Assembly: GCA_043823745.1 (NCBI GenBank)
Contig: JBDRAN010000003.1
Coordinates: 66,958 to 130,957 of the forward strand
DNA from: Candidatus Omnitrophota bacterium
Lineage (GTDB): Bacteria; Omnitrophota; Gorgyraeia; Duberdicusellales; 4484-171
DNA: 64,000 nucleotides
Direction of reading: 5' to 3'
Part shown: positions 28,939 through 40,111 of the stretch, one piece after another
How positions within the stretch are numbered: the first letter of the stretch is position 1
Layout: every line of letters starts with the position of its first letter
Notes under the pieces: model-generated
Seen by the model: the letters and a program-made list of their open reading frames with translations, nothing else
Told to the model about the DNA's origin: nothing
Databases searched by the model: none
Program-made: the position numbers and the translations under genes

Positions 28939-29925
28939 TTACACCATTTCCAATTTCTTTCTGTCTATCTTTATGCCCAACGTAATGTTCATGGTTTTTA
29001 AAAGATTCGTTACTTCGGTCAACGACTTCTTCCCGAAATTCCGATAGGCCAGCATTTCTGCCTCTGCTTTCTCCACTAAATCAGCAAGAATTTTAATATT
29101 TGCTTCTCGCAAACAGTTGGCGCTGCGAACGGAAAGCTCAAGCTCTGAAATGGGTATTTTAAGCTTCTCATAGAGGGAAATTTCTTCCGGCGTCAACTCC
29201 TCAACCTGCTCTTCGGGTATCTCGCCAAGGGTAAAGAAAAGCTCTAAGTGCCTGCTTAAAACCTTAGCCGCGTAAATCAAGGCCTCCTTGGGTTCGATAC
29301 TGGCATTCGTAAAGATTTCAATTATCAACTTGTCATAATCGGTACGCTTACCCACTCGTGTTCCTTCAACTTTAAACGCAACTTGTTTTACCGGAGTGAA
29401 AATTGAGTCAACCGCAACGACCCCTACCGGCATATCCTCACGCTTATTGCCATCAGCCGGAACAAATCCTCTGCCACGGCCCACGTCCATCTCGACATGA
29501 AACTTGGCCTTCTTTGAGGTAAGCGTAGCGATATGTAAATCGGGGTTAACCACCTCAACCGTCTCGTCGGTAATGATATCTTTGGCGGTAACGATACCCT
29601 CGCCATCGGCCTTGATCGAAATTTTCTTGGGTGCTTTGGAATAGGAACGAAGCACGATATTCTTTATATTGAGGATTATCTCGGGAACATCCTCCATGAC
29701 CCCTTCAATGGTCGTAAACTCATGAGAAACTCCCTCAATGTTCACTGACGTAACTGCCGCGCCTTCAATCGAAGAAAGAAGCACACGCCGCAACGCGTTA
29801 CCGAGAGTTACGCCATACCCACGCTCCAGAGGTTCTGCAATGAACTTTCCGTAATTAGGGGAATAGCTTTCCTGCTCTACGGTAATGCGCTTTGGAAATT
29901 GAAAATCACGCCATGTTATTCCCAT
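28939..29925 (-). CDS. rpoA: DNA-directed RNA polymerase alpha subunit
   Basis: start set at MGITWRDF...; LERGYGVTLGNALRRVLLSS matches RpoA NTD. Confidence 0.85.
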   Translation of the reverse strand: MGITWRDFQFPKRITVEQESYSPNYGKFIAEPLERGYGVTLGNALRRVLLSSIEGAAVTSVNIEGVSHEFTTIEGVMEDVPEIILNIKNIVLRSYSKAPKKISIKADGEGIVTAKDIITDETVEVVNPDLHIATLTSKKAKFHVEMDVGRGRGFVPADGNKREDMPVGVVAVDSIFTPVKQVAFKVEGTRVGKRTDYDKLIIEIFTNASIEPKEALIYAAKVLSRHLELFFTLGEIPEEQVEELTPEEISLYEKLKIPISELELSVRSANCLREANIKILADLVEKAEAEMLAYRNFGKKSLTEVTNLLKTMNITLGIKIDRKKLEMV

Positions 29926-30004
29926 TCGGTACCTCCTTATAGATAATCTTCTTTTATTATTCTGTGTAGATGACGGAAAAAATGACGAAGACAATCGTAT
30001 CGAA

Positions 30005-30634
30005 TTATTTCGAATACAATTCAACGATCAACTGCGTATTAATAGCGATCGCAAGATCTTCTTTTTCGGGAAGACGCACAATCTTAACCGTAAGGGCCTC
30101 AGCGTCAATGTCAAGCCACACAGAGACGCTTCGCTCTTTGCTGTTTGTCTCAATCGTGCTTTTTATAGCTTTTTTAACACTATCGCTTGCCGTAATGGTG
30201 AAAACCTCTCCTTCTTTAACGATATATGAAGGAATATCAATGCGGCCCTTGGCGCCGAAAACAGACCCGTGACAAACCATCTGACGGGCTTGATCGCGCG
30301 AAAAAGCAAAGAGCGCGCGGTAGATAACATTATCAATGCGCCGCTCAAGAAGCTGCACCAGCGTTCTTCCGGTAGCTCCCCGGGAGTGACTTGCCAGATT
30401 AAAAAAACGCCTGAACTGCGCCTCGAGCATTCCGTATATGCGCTTTGTTTTTTGCTTCTCGCGCAACTGTATCGCATAATATGAAGGCTTCCTTTTCTGC
30501 CGGGTATGCATACCGGGAGGAGTCTGACGTTTATTAAAAGCGCACTTTTCTGTCCCGCAACGCGTTCCTTTCAAAAAAAGCTTCATTCCCTCTCTGCGGC
30601 ATAGCCTGCAATCCGAACCTACGTATCGTGCCAT
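30005..30634 (-). CDS. rpsD: 30S ribosomal protein S4
   Basis: 209 aa; MARYVGSDCRLCRREG. Confidence 0.9.
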   Translation of the reverse strand: MARYVGSDCRLCRREGMKLFLKGTRCGTEKCAFNKRQTPPGMHTRQKRKPSYYAIQLREKQKTKRIYGMLEAQFRRFFNLASHSRGATGRTLVQLLERRIDNVIYRALFAFSRDQARQMVCHGSVFGAKGRIDIPSYIVKEGEVFTITASDSVKKAIKSTIETNSKERSVSVWLDIDAEALTVKIVRLPEKEDLAIAINTQLIVELYSK

Positions 30635-30730
30635 AATAATCCCTCTCTTATATTTTATTCACACTTATCAATAACAGAAAAAACCGCGTTCTATCCTTAC
30701 GAATAGCCGTGGCTCGCGCTTTTTCTGTAA

Positions 30731-31129
30731 TCACACTCTGCGTTTCTTGCGCGGCCGGCAGCCGTTATGCGGGCTCGGCGTAACATCTTTGACGCGCTTA
30801 ACGTTAAGCCCCGCGGCTTGCAGAGACCGTATTGCAGCCTCTCTTCCCGGACCCGGTCCTTTTACGAGCACATCGATATCGCTCAATCCCATTTCTTTAG
30901 CCTTGCGGGCAACCGTTAATGACGCAATTTGTGCCGCATAGGGAGTTGACTTTTTAGTTCCCTTAAAACCAACGGTTCCCGATGACGCCCACGCAATCGT
31001 ATTACCCTGTACGTCAGTGATACAAATAGTCGTATTATTGAATGTCGCTTTAATGTGGGCAATGCCGACACTTGACGTTAAGCGAACCTTTTTTTTCTTT
31101 TCAGTTTTCTTTTTCTGAACCGTCGTCAT
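30731..31129 (-). CDS. rpsK: 30S ribosomal protein S11
   Basis: 132 aa; conserved S11 core. Confidence 0.9.
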   Translation of the reverse strand: MTTVQKKKTEKKKKVRLTSSVGIAHIKATFNNTTICITDVQGNTIAWASSGTVGFKGTKKSTPYAAQIASLTVARKAKEMGLSDIDVLVKGPGPGREAAIRSLQAAGLNVKRVKDVTPSPHNGCRPRKKRRV

Positions 31130-31142
31130 GCTATCTCCTTAA

Positions 31143-31523
31143 TTACTTTTTTATCGGTTTCTTAAGACCGCCAACACGCGGTTTAGGACCTTTACGTGTG
31201 CGCGCGTTGCACCGTGTACGCTGCCCTCTTACCGGAAGCCCCTTTTTATGACGTGTCCCGCGATATGCTCCCACTTCAACTAATCGGCGGATATTTTGCG
31301 TGATTTCACGTTTAAGCTCTCCCTCAACTCTATACGTTGTTTGAATATGAGCGGTAATCTTTGAAACTTCTTCTTCGTTGAGTTGCGATGCCCTCTTTTC
31401 GGGATCGATTCCGACTGCGGCCAATACCTGCATACTATTCGTCGGCCCTATGCCGTACAGATAACAAAGCGCAATCTTAATTTTCTTTTCTTTTGGAAGA
31501 TCTACACCGAGAATTCTTGGCAT
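31143..31523 (-). CDS. rpsM: 30S ribosomal protein S13
   Basis: 126 aa; MPRILGVDLP. Confidence 0.9.
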   Translation of the reverse strand: MPRILGVDLPKEKKIKIALCYLYGIGPTNSMQVLAAVGIDPEKRASQLNEEEVSKITAHIQTTYRVEGELKREITQNIRRLVEVGAYRGTRHKKGLPVRGQRTRCNARTRKGPKPRVGGLKKPIKK

Positions 31524-31602
31524 TGTTCTCTCCTTCTTACCGTATTCGCACGGAAATCAAACACAAACATCAAAACCTACACACGCGCGTAACGTTCGCG
31601 AG

Positions 31603-31716
31603 CTATCCTTGACGCTGCTTATGTTTCGTATTTTTGCAAATAACGCGTACGACACCTTTTCGCTTAATAATTTTACACTTGTCGCAAATTCTTCGTACCG
31701 AAGATCGCACTTTCAT
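31603..31716 (-). CDS. rpmJ: 50S ribosomal protein L36 (37 aa, below ORF-track cutoff)
   Basis: translation [37 protein letters not shown]. Confidence 0.8.
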   Translation of the reverse strand: MKVRSSVRRICDKCKIIKRKGVVRVICKNTKHKQRQG

Positions 31717-31731
31717 TGACAACTGCCTTTT

Positions 31732-31950
31732 TTACTTATATCGATAGGTTATTCTACCCCGTGACAAATCATACGGGGAAAGTTCTATTTTCACTTTATC
31801 ACCGGGTAAAATCCGTATAAAATGCATGCGCATTTTCCCGGAAACATGCCCAAGCACAACATGACCATTTTCAAGCTTAACGCGAAACATCGCATTTGGC
31901 AACGTTTCAACGATTACTCCTTCAACCTCAATTAATTCTTCTTTACTCAT
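31732..31950 (-). CDS. infA: translation initiation factor IF-1
   Basis: 72 aa; S1-like IF1 sequence. Confidence 0.9.
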   Translation of the reverse strand: MSKEELIEVEGVIVETLPNAMFRVKLENGHVVLGHVSGKMRMHFIRILPGDKVKIELSPYDLSRGRITYRYK

Positions 31951-31969
31951 ACTGATATTTAAAAACGTT

Positions 31970-32719
31970 CTACTCAGTTATTACCCACGGCCCGCGCGCG
32001 GTGATAAGTACCGTGTGCTCCCAATGCGCGGACAGTGACCCATCACTCGTTGTTGCAGTCCAGCCATCACCACGCACGTGCACATCATGATGCCCTGCGG
32101 CAACCATTGGCTCGATAGCGATGGCGGTATATTCTTTTAAGACGCTTCCAGCGCCGGCTGAGCCAAAATTGGGAACTTCAGGAGCACAATGTAAATTTCT
32201 GCCGATTCCATGCCCCACGAATTTACGAATCACCGAAAAACCGTGCGACTCGACACAGCGCTGTATGGCCCACCCGACATCGCCAACCGTCGCACCACAT
32301 CGTGCACTCCTGATGCCTTCACGCAGCGCCTTATGCGTCACGTGCAGGAGCGTGCGGGCCTGGGCCGATACTTTTCCGGCCGCGTAGGTCCGCGCGGTAT
32401 CAACATAGATTCCCCGGTAGCGTATGCCAATATCAACACTGACCAGGTCACCTGCTCGCACGATACGCTCTGTGGACGGAATTCCATGTATAACCTCGTC
32501 ATTAAGCGAGACACACAGGGCTGCCGGATACCCGCTAAAGCCTTTAAACGCCGCTTCCATTCCCGGGTATCGTGTGAGAAAATTTTCAAAGAAAACTTCG
32601 ATATCTGCCGTTGTGATGCCCGGCTTAATAACCCAGCGTAACTTTTTCAAAAAGCGTGCGGCGACCTTTCCGGCGGCCCGCATCGCGCCTCGCTCGTCAT
32701 CGCGTAGGTACTCGTTCAC
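31970..32719 (-). CDS. map: methionine aminopeptidase type I
   Basis: 249 aa; M24A metal-ligand pattern. Confidence 0.85.
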   Translation of the reverse strand: MNEYLRDDERGAMRAAGKVAARFLKKLRWVIKPGITTADIEVFFENFLTRYPGMEAAFKGFSGYPAALCVSLNDEVIHGIPSTERIVRAGDLVSVDIGIRYRGIYVDTARTYAAGKVSAQARTLLHVTHKALREGIRSARCGATVGDVGWAIQRCVESHGFSVIRKFVGHGIGRNLHCAPEVPNFGSAGAGSVLKEYTAIAIEPMVAAGHHDVHVRGDGWTATTSDGSLSAHWEHTVLITARGPWVITE

Positions 32720-33369
32720 GTTAGAATCTTCAGTATCCGCGCAAACACTTCGTCTTTTTCTGCTGAAGCGTTCACCTCGATAAATTTACCTTGGCTCTTA
32801 TAAAAATCCAGGATCGCCTGACTCTGGCCAACGAAAACCTCGAGGCGCTTACGTATCACCTCGGGGGTATCATCCTTTCTCTGGATAAGCTCATCACCAC
32901 AAAGATCGCAAATACCGGTGCTCTTGGGCGGCATATTCTCAATATGATAATTAGCGCCGCACTTCTTGCACACCAAGCGCTTCGATAGCCGGTTGATCAG
33001 CGTTTTTTCATCGACCTCAAGATAGATAAAAGCATCATATTCTATTTTTTTCTTTTTAAAAATACTGTCAAGAACTTTCGCCTGGGCAAGATTACGGGGG
33101 TATCCGTCCAAGATAAAGCCTTCATTATCTACATTCTCCTCGATAACGCGCGAAACAAGCTCATCCGAAACAAGCAATCCCCGCTCCATGTAGCTTTTCA
33201 CCTGCTGCCCCACGGAGCTGCCGCTTTTTACTTCCTGACGCAAGATATCACCCAAAGAAATCGTACGCACGTTATAGTGCGCGCTCAAAACAACCGCCTG
33301 GGTCCCCTTGCCGGAACCCGGAGCGCCAAAAAGAACTATCTTCACCCCGTTAGACCTCCCCCTTATCAT
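32716..33369 (-). CDS. adk: adenylate kinase (with Cys4 LID zinc site)
   Basis: 217 aa; GAPGSGKGTQ P-loop; CKKCG...CDLCG. Confidence 0.85.
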   Translation of the reverse strand: MIRGRSNGVKIVLFGAPGSGKGTQAVVLSAHYNVRTISLGDILRQEVKSGSSVGQQVKSYMERGLLVSDELVSRVIEENVDNEGFILDGYPRNLAQAKVLDSIFKKKKIEYDAFIYLEVDEKTLINRLSKRLVCKKCGANYHIENMPPKSTGICDLCGDELIQRKDDTPEVIRKRLEVFVGQSQAILDFYKSQGKFIEVNASAEKDEVFARILKILT

Positions 33370-33456
33370 TATTCCTGTACCGATAGTTTTCTCTGGATAA
33401 ACCTTTTTTTATGCTCTCTAGTAAAATGCACGAGTTATACATAGGTCTAACGGGGT

Positions 33457-34812
33457 TCATTTCCTTCCCCGCAGGCTTCCGCCCTTGATAAAACCCTCGT
33501 AATGACGAATAAAAAGTTGCCCCTCAAGCTGCTTCATCGTGTCAAGCACCACACCAACAAGAATTAGAATCGTCGTTCCACCAAAGAATGAAGCCACATC
33601 ATACGAGGGAACACGAAACAAATGCATAATCATATTTGGCAAAATCGCCAGCACTGATATATACATTGCGCCCACGAAAACGATACGCGTTGCAACAAAA
33701 TCAAGATACTCCATGGTAGGAGTACCCGGCCGTATACCCGGAATAAATCCACCGCTTTTTTTAAGATGGTTCGATATCTCCTGCGGATTAAAGACCATAG
33801 CGGTATAGAAATACATAAAAAATATAATTAAAATAATATAGAGCGCATTGTAGGCAACACCGCGCTCAGCCATCATGGTCTGCAGAACCCGAATGAATGG
33901 TAATTTTGCCGGCAAGAACGTCGCGATTGTCGCAGGAAAAAGAATAACGCTTTGCGCGAAGATAATCGCGATCACCCCTGACATATCCACGCGTATCGGC
34001 AGATAGGTACTCTGCCCCATAGCCACCCGGCGTCCGACAATACGCTTTCCATGATGGACAGGGATCCGACGCTGGCCTTGCGTAAAAAGAATTACCGCCA
34101 TAACGACCACAATAAATAACACACCAAGCGCGATAACGGTAAATGTCGACATTTGACGCTTGGTGGCATCAAACGGCGAATACAAAAGCCACATCTGCTG
34201 CAGCGAAATAGGAACACGGGAAATAATACCGGTTGCAATGATAAGCGACATTCCATTACCGATGCCGCGTTCCTGGATCTGCTCACCGAGCCACATAATA
34301 AACACGGTCCCGGCAGTAAGCGTCAAAATGGTGGTCAGAAAGAAAAGAAACCCCTTATCGGGCACAACCCTGATGCCTTTAAAATTACCATCATTCGCAA
34401 GCCAGACCGCTAAAAAGAACCCCTGCACTACGCATAATACTAACGTCATCCACCGCGTATACTGGTTTATTTTCTCATACCCGGCTTTCCCCTCTTTCGC
34501 CAACTTCTCAAGCGCCGGCACCACGGCAGTCAAAAGCTGCATGATGATCGAGCTTGAGATATAGGGCATGATACCAAGTGCGAATATACTTAAACGCGTG
34601 AGCGCGCCGCCGGTAAAAAGATTCATAATACCGAGCAACGTCTGCGTTCCGGCTTTCGCGTACATTTCAAAGAACTTTGAAAGAGCTGACGTATCAATTC
34701 CCGGCGTTGGAATATAGCAGCCGATACGATATACAACCAGCAATGCAAGTGAAACAAAAACTTTCTTGCGTAATTCCTCTACCCTGAATATATTAGCTAA
34801 TGCCCCAAACAT
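33457..34812 (-). CDS. secY: preprotein translocase SecY
   Basis: 451 aa; 10-TM SecY signature. Confidence 0.9.
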   Translation of the reverse strand: MFGALANIFRVEELRKKVFVSLALLVVYRIGCYIPTPGIDTSALSKFFEMYAKAGTQTLLGIMNLFTGGALTRLSIFALGIMPYISSSIIMQLLTAVVPALEKLAKEGKAGYEKINQYTRWMTLVLCVVQGFFLAVWLANDGNFKGIRVVPDKGFLFFLTTILTLTAGTVFIMWLGEQIQERGIGNGMSLIIATGIISRVPISLQQMWLLYSPFDATKRQMSTFTVIALGVLFIVVVMAVILFTQGQRRIPVHHGKRIVGRRVAMGQSTYLPIRVDMSGVIAIIFAQSVILFPATIATFLPAKLPFIRVLQTMMAERGVAYNALYIILIIFFMYFYTAMVFNPQEISNHLKKSGGFIPGIRPGTPTMEYLDFVATRIVFVGAMYISVLAILPNMIMHLFRVPSYDVASFFGGTTILILVGVVLDTMKQLEGQLFIRHYEGFIKGGSLRGRK

Positions 34813-34821
34813 CGTTTCGGA

Positions 34822-35277
34822 TTAGGAACGTTCCAAGATAAGAGCAGTGCCGCCGGCACCTTCAATGGTTTGTTTTGCTTTTTGAGAAAATTTATCCGCT
34901 TTGACCGTAACTTTTAAAGAAAACGCATCTTTGATTCTCGCGAGAATTTTGACCGCTTTTGTTTCGTCACCGATCAGACCAAGCTCACAAAGCACTTTTG
35001 GGTCTAGCGCGGTTTTTCCTTTCGCATGAACCTGGATATCCGCAAGGTTAACCAATTGATACTCATCGCGCTTATATATATTAAAGCCTCTCTTGGGAAG
35101 CTTGCGGACAAACGGGATATTCCCGCCGTTAAAACCAATATAGGGAAGTTTCTTTCCGCTGCGCTGTCCTGCCCCATTGTTGCCGCGGCCCGCAGTTTTA
35201 CCCCAACCCGAACCACACCCCCGCCCCTTACGCTGAGGCGTTTTTGATATTTTTGAGGTCAGTTTTGACAGATCCAT
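34822..35277 (-). CDS. rplO: 50S ribosomal protein L15
   Basis: 151 aa; Gly/Arg-rich N-terminus; no rpmD (L30) between rpsE and rplO. Confidence 0.85.
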   Translation of the reverse strand: MDLSKLTSKISKTPQRKGRGCGSGWGKTAGRGNNGAGQRSGKKLPYIGFNGGNIPFVRKLPKRGFNIYKRDEYQLVNLADIQVHAKGKTALDPKVLCELGLIGDETKAVKILARIKDAFSLKVTVKADKFSQKAKQTIEGAGGTALILERS

Positions 35278-35280
35278 TGG

Positions 35281-35733
35281 TTATCCCTTTAAATCCTGCA
35301 ACGCAACTACCGTTGCTTTCACTACATTAATAGGATTTGTTGACTTTTTTATAACTTTTGTCAGGATGTCATGGATTCCTACCCCTTCGCAAATCGCGCG
35401 AACCGGGCTTGAAGCGATAACTCCCGTCCCTTTGGCGGCGGGCTTTAAAAACACTTCAACCGCGCCGAATTTTCCCCGCACTTCATGCGCAATCGTTGTC
35501 TCGGTTCTTTTAATCGATACCATCATCTTTTTTGCACGTCGGATTCCTTTCTTAATAGCCTCGGCAACTTCGTTCGCTTTTCCCAGGGCATACCCAACTT
35601 TCTCTTTGCCATCGCCAACGACAACCAGCGCCGCAAAGCTCATATTCTTTCCACCCTTGGTGACCTTGGTAACTCTATTGATTGAAATCACCTTTTCGAT
35701 AAATACATTTTCTTGCTGAATGGTTGGTTCCAT
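35281..35733 (-). CDS. rpsE: 30S ribosomal protein S5
   Basis: 150 aa. Confidence 0.85.
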   Translation of the reverse strand: MEPTIQQENVFIEKVISINRVTKVTKGGKNMSFAALVVVGDGKEKVGYALGKANEVAEAIKKGIRRAKKMMVSIKRTETTIAHEVRGKFGAVEVFLKPAAKGTGVIASSPVRAICEGVGIHDILTKVIKKSTNPINVVKATVVALQDLKG

Positions 35734-36086
35734 TAGAATCTCAATCCTCCTTCTCGTAAACCTTCTGCCAGGGCTTTTACCTTTCCATGGAACTTATACC
35801 CTGCGCGGTCAAAACAAATTTCTTTGATTCCGCGGGCCACCGCTAAACCTGCTGCCATGGTACCGAGCACCTTCGCGGCCTCTTTGTCGGCAGTTTTTGC
35901 GCTTTGTGCCCTGAAGGCCTTACTTAACGTCGAGCAACCGGTCATGACTTTTCCTTGACTATCATCAACGAACTGCACTGACATATTTTTATTACTGCGA
36001 AAAACAACTACGCGGGGTTTTGCCGCCGTACCCTCCATTCGTTTCGTAATACGCACGTGCCGTTGTTCTCGAGCGACTGTTTTCAT
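35733..36086 (-). CDS. rplR: 50S ribosomal protein L18
   Basis: 117 aa. Confidence 0.85.
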   Translation of the reverse strand: MKTVAREQRHVRITKRMEGTAAKPRVVVFRSNKNMSVQFVDDSQGKVMTGCSTLSKAFRAQSAKTADKEAAKVLGTMAAGLAVARGIKEICFDRAGYKFHGKVKALAEGLREGGLRF

Positions 36087-36107
36087 TGGTTATCCCTTTT
36101 GTAAGCC

Positions 36108-36647
36108 CTACTTCGCTAAGGCCTTGCCCAACTTCTTTTTGACTGTTTCACCCACAAAACGAATCCCCTTCCCCTGATAAGGCTCAGGCGGAAATACTTT
36201 ACGAACCTTTGAAACAAATTCACTCACCTGTTGTTTATCGATCCCTTCGGCAACAATACGGTTAGGATTCGGTGTAACGACTTTAAGACCCGCCGGAATC
36301 GCAACCTCGACAGGATGAGAAAATTGAAGATTAAGAACCAGCGTGGCACCCTTCATTTGAGCTTTATACCCGACGCCAACCACGTCAAGTTCACGTTTAT
36401 ACGCTTCAGTAACCCCCTTGACCATATTATAAATAAGCGCGCGGATCGTTCCATGGAGGCTCCTGGACTGTTTTTGGTCATTGATGCGCGTAACCACAAT
36501 TTTATCAGCTGAAACTTCGATCTTGATTGCTTCCGGGATCGCAAGCGAGAGTTTTCCTTTTGGGCCTTCAACGAGAAGAGAACCATCAAGAAGCGTTACC
36601 TTGACGCCCTTCGGCACGACAATAGGTTGTTTTCCTACTCTTGACAT
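36108..36647 (-). CDS. rplF: 50S ribosomal protein L6
   Basis: 179 aa. Confidence 0.85.
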   Translation of the reverse strand: MSRVGKQPIVVPKGVKVTLLDGSLLVEGPKGKLSLAIPEAIKIEVSADKIVVTRINDQKQSRSLHGTIRALIYNMVKGVTEAYKRELDVVGVGYKAQMKGATLVLNLQFSHPVEVAIPAGLKVVTPNPNRIVAEGIDKQQVSEFVSKVRKVFPPEPYQGKGIRFVGETVKKKLGKALAK

Positions 36648-36648
36648 C

Positions 36649-37038
36649 TCACCACACCATCCCTAACAATTCGCCGCCTATTTTCTTTTCTTTTACCTGC
36701 GTATCGGTCATGACCCCTTGTGATGTTGAAATGATCGCGATGCCAAATCCGCGCAAGACATGGGGAATCGTGTCGTTGGTAACAAACACTCTTCTTCCCG
36801 GACGCGACACTCGTTTAATCTGCTTTAACACGCTTCTTTTTTTATCGTACTTAAGATAGACTTTTATCTTCTTAAAACCCTCAAGCTCAACGTCTTTATA
36901 ATTTTCGATATACCCGTTTTCTTTCAGTATCTCGCAAATACGCGCAAACATTTTTGAATACGGGATCAAGGTATCATCCTTCTGCGCCCGCACCGCGTTT
37001 CGTATTACCGTAAACCCGCTTCCGATTAAATCAGCCAT
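36649..37038 (-). CDS. rpsH: 30S ribosomal protein S8
   Basis: 129 aa. Confidence 0.9.
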   Translation of the reverse strand: MADLIGSGFTVIRNAVRAQKDDTLIPYSKMFARICEILKENGYIENYKDVELEGFKKIKVYLKYDKKRSVLKQIKRVSRPGRRVFVTNDTIPHVLRGFGIAIISTSQGVMTDTQVKEKKIGGELLGMVW

Positions 37039-37060
37039 AGTCGCTCCTGCCTTCCGATTT

Positions 37061-37255
37061 TTACCAGCTCGCTTTTTTTACTCCCGGTATCATACCCTGC
37101 CATGCGAGCTGACGAAAACAAATACGACAGAGTTCAAAATCACGGATATACCCCCGGGGCCTACCACATAACCTACACCGATTACGATATCGGGTAGAAA
37201 ACTTCACTTTAATTTTTTCTCTTTTCCACTTTTCAATCTTAGCCGTTGTTGCCAT
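37061..37255 (-). CDS. rpsZ: 30S ribosomal protein S14, zinc-binding type Z (64 aa)
   Basis: start at MATTAKI; CRLCGRP...CRICFR Cys4; ORF-track N-terminal extension rejected. Confidence 0.8.
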   Translation of the reverse strand: MATTAKIEKWKREKIKVKFSTRYRNRCRLCGRPRGYIRDFELCRICFRQLAWQGMIPGVKKASW

Positions 37256-37268
37256 TGTCTCCTCGTCT

Positions 37269-37868
37269 TTATCGCGCTTGCTTTCTAAACGGAAAACCCA
37301 AAAGATCAAGCAATGCCTTTGCTTCCTTGTCGGTTTTCGCGGAGGTATGAATCGTAATGGTCATACCTTGCGTACGCGTAATCTTATCAAGTTCAAGTTC
37401 CGGAAAAATATTCTGCTCTAATAACCCGAAATTATAACTTCCTCTACCGTCAAACCCATGCGACGAAAATCCCCTGAAATCCCTGATACGCGGGGATGCC
37501 GTTGCAATAAAACGCTCGAGAAACTCATACATACGGTAGCGCCGCATCGTTACACAGCACCCAATCGGCATGCCTTTTTTCAGCTTAAAATTAGAAATAG
37601 GCTTACGCGCCCGGCAAATTTTTGCTTTCTGCCCCGCAATAACCGCAAGCTCCTCTGCTGCCTTTTCGGTAAATTTGGCATCATTAACCGCTTCTTTAAC
37701 GCCCATATTAATCACGATTTTTACCAGACGAGGCACCGCCAGGGCCGCGGAATAATTAAACTGAACCTTCATCGCCGGTACGATTTCGCTGCGATAACGC
37801 GCAAGGAGCGTCGGAGTATATTGAGCCTTAGGATTATTTGTTATATCTCCTGCTGACATTTTCTGCAA
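37269..37868 (-). CDS. rplE: 50S ribosomal protein L5
   Basis: 199 aa (start uncertain by a few codons; overlaps rplX 3' end). Confidence 0.85.
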   Translation of the reverse strand: MQKMSAGDITNNPKAQYTPTLLARYRSEIVPAMKVQFNYSAALAVPRLVKIVINMGVKEAVNDAKFTEKAAEELAVIAGQKAKICRARKPISNFKLKKGMPIGCCVTMRRYRMYEFLERFIATASPRIRDFRGFSSHGFDGRGSYNFGLLEQNIFPELELDKITRTQGMTITIHTSAKTDKEAKALLDLLGFPFRKQAR

Positions 37869-38155
37869 AACCTCACTTTACTTTTATCGGTCATCACTTT
37901 AACGCCAAAACGAACGCCTTTATTGCAATTGGAACAAAGGAGGGCGACATTCGCGATACGCAACGGCGCCGGAATTTCCTTGATACCACCCGTTTCGGTC
38001 TCTGAGCGACGGCGCATATGTTTTTTAACAATATTCGCTCCTTCAACAATAACTGTGTGCTTCTCGGGGATACACTTTAACACTTTTCCGCGCTTTCCTT
38101 TATCTTTCCCCTTCAAGATAGTTACCTTATCTCCTTTTCGAATCATCAAGCTCAT
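37841..38155 (-). CDS. rplX: 50S ribosomal protein L24
   Basis: 104 aa; KOW motif. Confidence 0.85.
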   Translation of the reverse strand: MSLMIRKGDKVTILKGKDKGKRGKVLKCIPEKHTVIVEGANIVKKHMRRRSETETGGIKEIPAPLRIANVALLCSNCNKGVRFGVKVMTDKSKVRFCRKCQQEI

Positions 38156-38177
38156 GAGTTTCCTTTATTAGGGTGTG

Positions 38178-38543
38178 CTAAATAACCTCTGGTGCAAGAG
38201 AGAGTATTTTACCGAATCGGTCACGCAATTCACGCGCGACAGGCCCGAACACGCGCGTCGCACGAGGGTTGTTTTGTTTATCGATAATAACGCACGCGTT
38301 GCTATCAAATTTGATCGTTACGCCGTCGGCTCGATGAATCGGAAAATGCGTACGCACAATCACCGCGCGCACCACTTCACCTTTCTTGATGGGCGCATTT
38401 GGGTTGACTTGTTTAACATTTGCCGTGATAACATCACCGATAATGCCAAAACTCTTATTTTTTTTACCGATCGTACCGATGTATTTAACAACTTTGGCAC
38501 CGCTATTATCCGCAACATCAAGCTTTGTACGTATAAAAATCAT
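38178..38543 (-). CDS. rplN: 50S ribosomal protein L14
   Basis: 121 aa; KVADNSGAK. Confidence 0.9.
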   Translation of the reverse strand: MIFIRTKLDVADNSGAKVVKYIGTIGKKNKSFGIIGDVITANVKQVNPNAPIKKGEVVRAVIVRTHFPIHRADGVTIKFDSNACVIIDKQNNPRATRVFGPVARELRDRFGKILSLAPEVI

Positions 38544-38779
38544 TTCACGACCTCAAAAAGCTTATAGTGGGTATCTTTTGAATACGGGCGGCACTCGATA
38601 ATCTTAACGCGGTCTCCCGTCTTACACGTATTCTCCTCGTCATGTATTTTATAACGCTTTTTCTTGATAACCAGACGATCGTAAAACGCGTGCACCACAC
38701 GCGTGACAACCACTACAACGCGCGTTTTCTGCATTTTATCCGAAACCACGGTACCTTCTAAAATCTTTCCTTTACCCAT
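38540..38779 (-). CDS. rpsQ: 30S ribosomal protein S17
   Basis: 79 aa. Confidence 0.85.
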   Translation of the reverse strand: MGKGKILEGTVVSDKMQKTRVVVVVTRVVHAFYDRLVIKKKRYKIHDEENTCKTGDRVKIIECRPYSKDTHYKLFEVVK

Positions 38780-38780
38780 C

Positions 38781-38972
38781 TTATGCCTCTTTTGATTTCT
38801 CTTTCAGTATTGTCAGGATCCGCGCGATATCGCGTTTCACCTGCCCGAAGAGATGGGGCTTTTCCGCCCCGGTTTTACGTTTAAACTCAAGCTCCATGCG
38901 CTGCTTGCGCAAATCGCTGATTTTACTCTGTAGCTCTTCCTTTGATAGTACGCGTAATTCTTGTGCTTTCAT
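38781..38972 (-). CDS. rpmC: 50S ribosomal protein L29
   Basis: 63 aa. Confidence 0.8.
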   Translation of the reverse strand: MKAQELRVLSKEELQSKISDLRKQRMELEFKRKTGAEKPHLFGQVKRDIARILTILKEKSKEA

Positions 38973-39376
38973 TTCCGTCTCATTACAAACATTGTCTTAA
39001 AAGGAACCTTATACGCGACCAGACGGAACGATGCGCGCGCATAGTCTTCCGGGATACCCCCCAACTCAAACAACACCATACCGCGTTTGACAACGACAAC
39101 CCACCGCTCAACTTCGCCCTTTCCTTTACCCATACGCGCTTCTGCCGGATGTTTAGTAATCGGCTTATCAGGAAATACCCTCAGCCACAGTTTTCCGCCT
39201 CGACGCAAACGTCTCGTTAAGATAACACGCGCAGTTTCAAGCTGCGCTGCCGAGAGCCAGCCGGCTTGGAGCGATTTTAATCCGTATTCACCAAAACAAA
39301 CCGTGGAACCGGTCGCGATTCCTCGACGTTTTCCTTTTTGAGTTTTACGATATTTTACGCGCGCAGGAAACAACAT
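38969..39376 (-). CDS. rplP: 50S ribosomal protein L16
   Basis: 135 aa. Confidence 0.9.
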   Translation of the reverse strand: MLFPARVKYRKTQKGKRRGIATGSTVCFGEYGLKSLQAGWLSAAQLETARVILTRRLRRGGKLWLRVFPDKPITKHPAEARMGKGKGEVERWVVVVKRGMVLFELGGIPEDYARASFRLVAYKVPFKTMFVMRRK

Positions 39377-39379
39377 AGC

Positions 39380-40099
39380 TTATCTCTCGCCTTCGGATTG
39401 CCGCGGCGAGTACCGTGGCCGTTGTCGATCTTGCTGGGGTGCTGCTTCCTGAATCATGTATGCCCCCAGAGGCTTTACGCCACGATAAATCCACACTTTC
39501 ACCCCTATGGTGCCATAGGTTGTTGCCGCAAGACCAAAACCATAATCAATGTCGGCACTGAAAGTCTGCAGGGGAACTTTTCCGTATCGATATATTTCTG
39601 CACGGGCGATTTCTGCACCCTCGAGGCGTCCCGAACAGCGCATCTTCATTCCTTCACAGCCAAGATTCTGCGCCTGCTGCATCGCTTTTTTCATCGCGCG
39701 GCGAAAATTAACCCGCTTGGTGAGCTGGAATGCGATCGTCTCCGCCACGAGTTGCGCGTCAAGCGCTGCCTCTGATACTTCCTGCACCGGCACATCAATT
39801 TCTTTTTTCGTAAGCTCTCTGAGCGCATTCTTTACTTTCTCGATATCCTGGCCACGTCTACCGATAATAACACCGGGACGGGAAGTTTTAATGAACACTT
39901 TGATCAAGGTTGGCGAAACACGCTCGATGATAATATCGGAAATGGAACCCTTGGGATAATTTTTCCTGACCACTTCGCGTATACGAATATCTTCTTCAAG
40001 GAAATCAGCGAACTCACGCTTACGTGCCGTAAACCATCGAGAACGCCAATCTTTACCAAATCCTAATCGTAAAACATACGGATGAACTTTTTGACCCAT
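39380..40099 (-). CDS. rpsC: 30S ribosomal protein S3 (with C-terminal basic extension)
   Basis: 239 aa; KH domain. Confidence 0.9.
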   Translation of the reverse strand: MGQKVHPYVLRLGFGKDWRSRWFTARKREFADFLEEDIRIREVVRKNYPKGSISDIIIERVSPTLIKVFIKTSRPGVIIGRRGQDIEKVKNALRELTKKEIDVPVQEVSEAALDAQLVAETIAFQLTKRVNFRRAMKKAMQQAQNLGCEGMKMRCSGRLEGAEIARAEIYRYGKVPLQTFSADIDYGFGLAATTYGTIGVKVWIYRGVKPLGAYMIQEAAPQQDRQRPRYSPRQSEGER

Positions 40100-40111
40100 A
40101 CTATCCTCTTA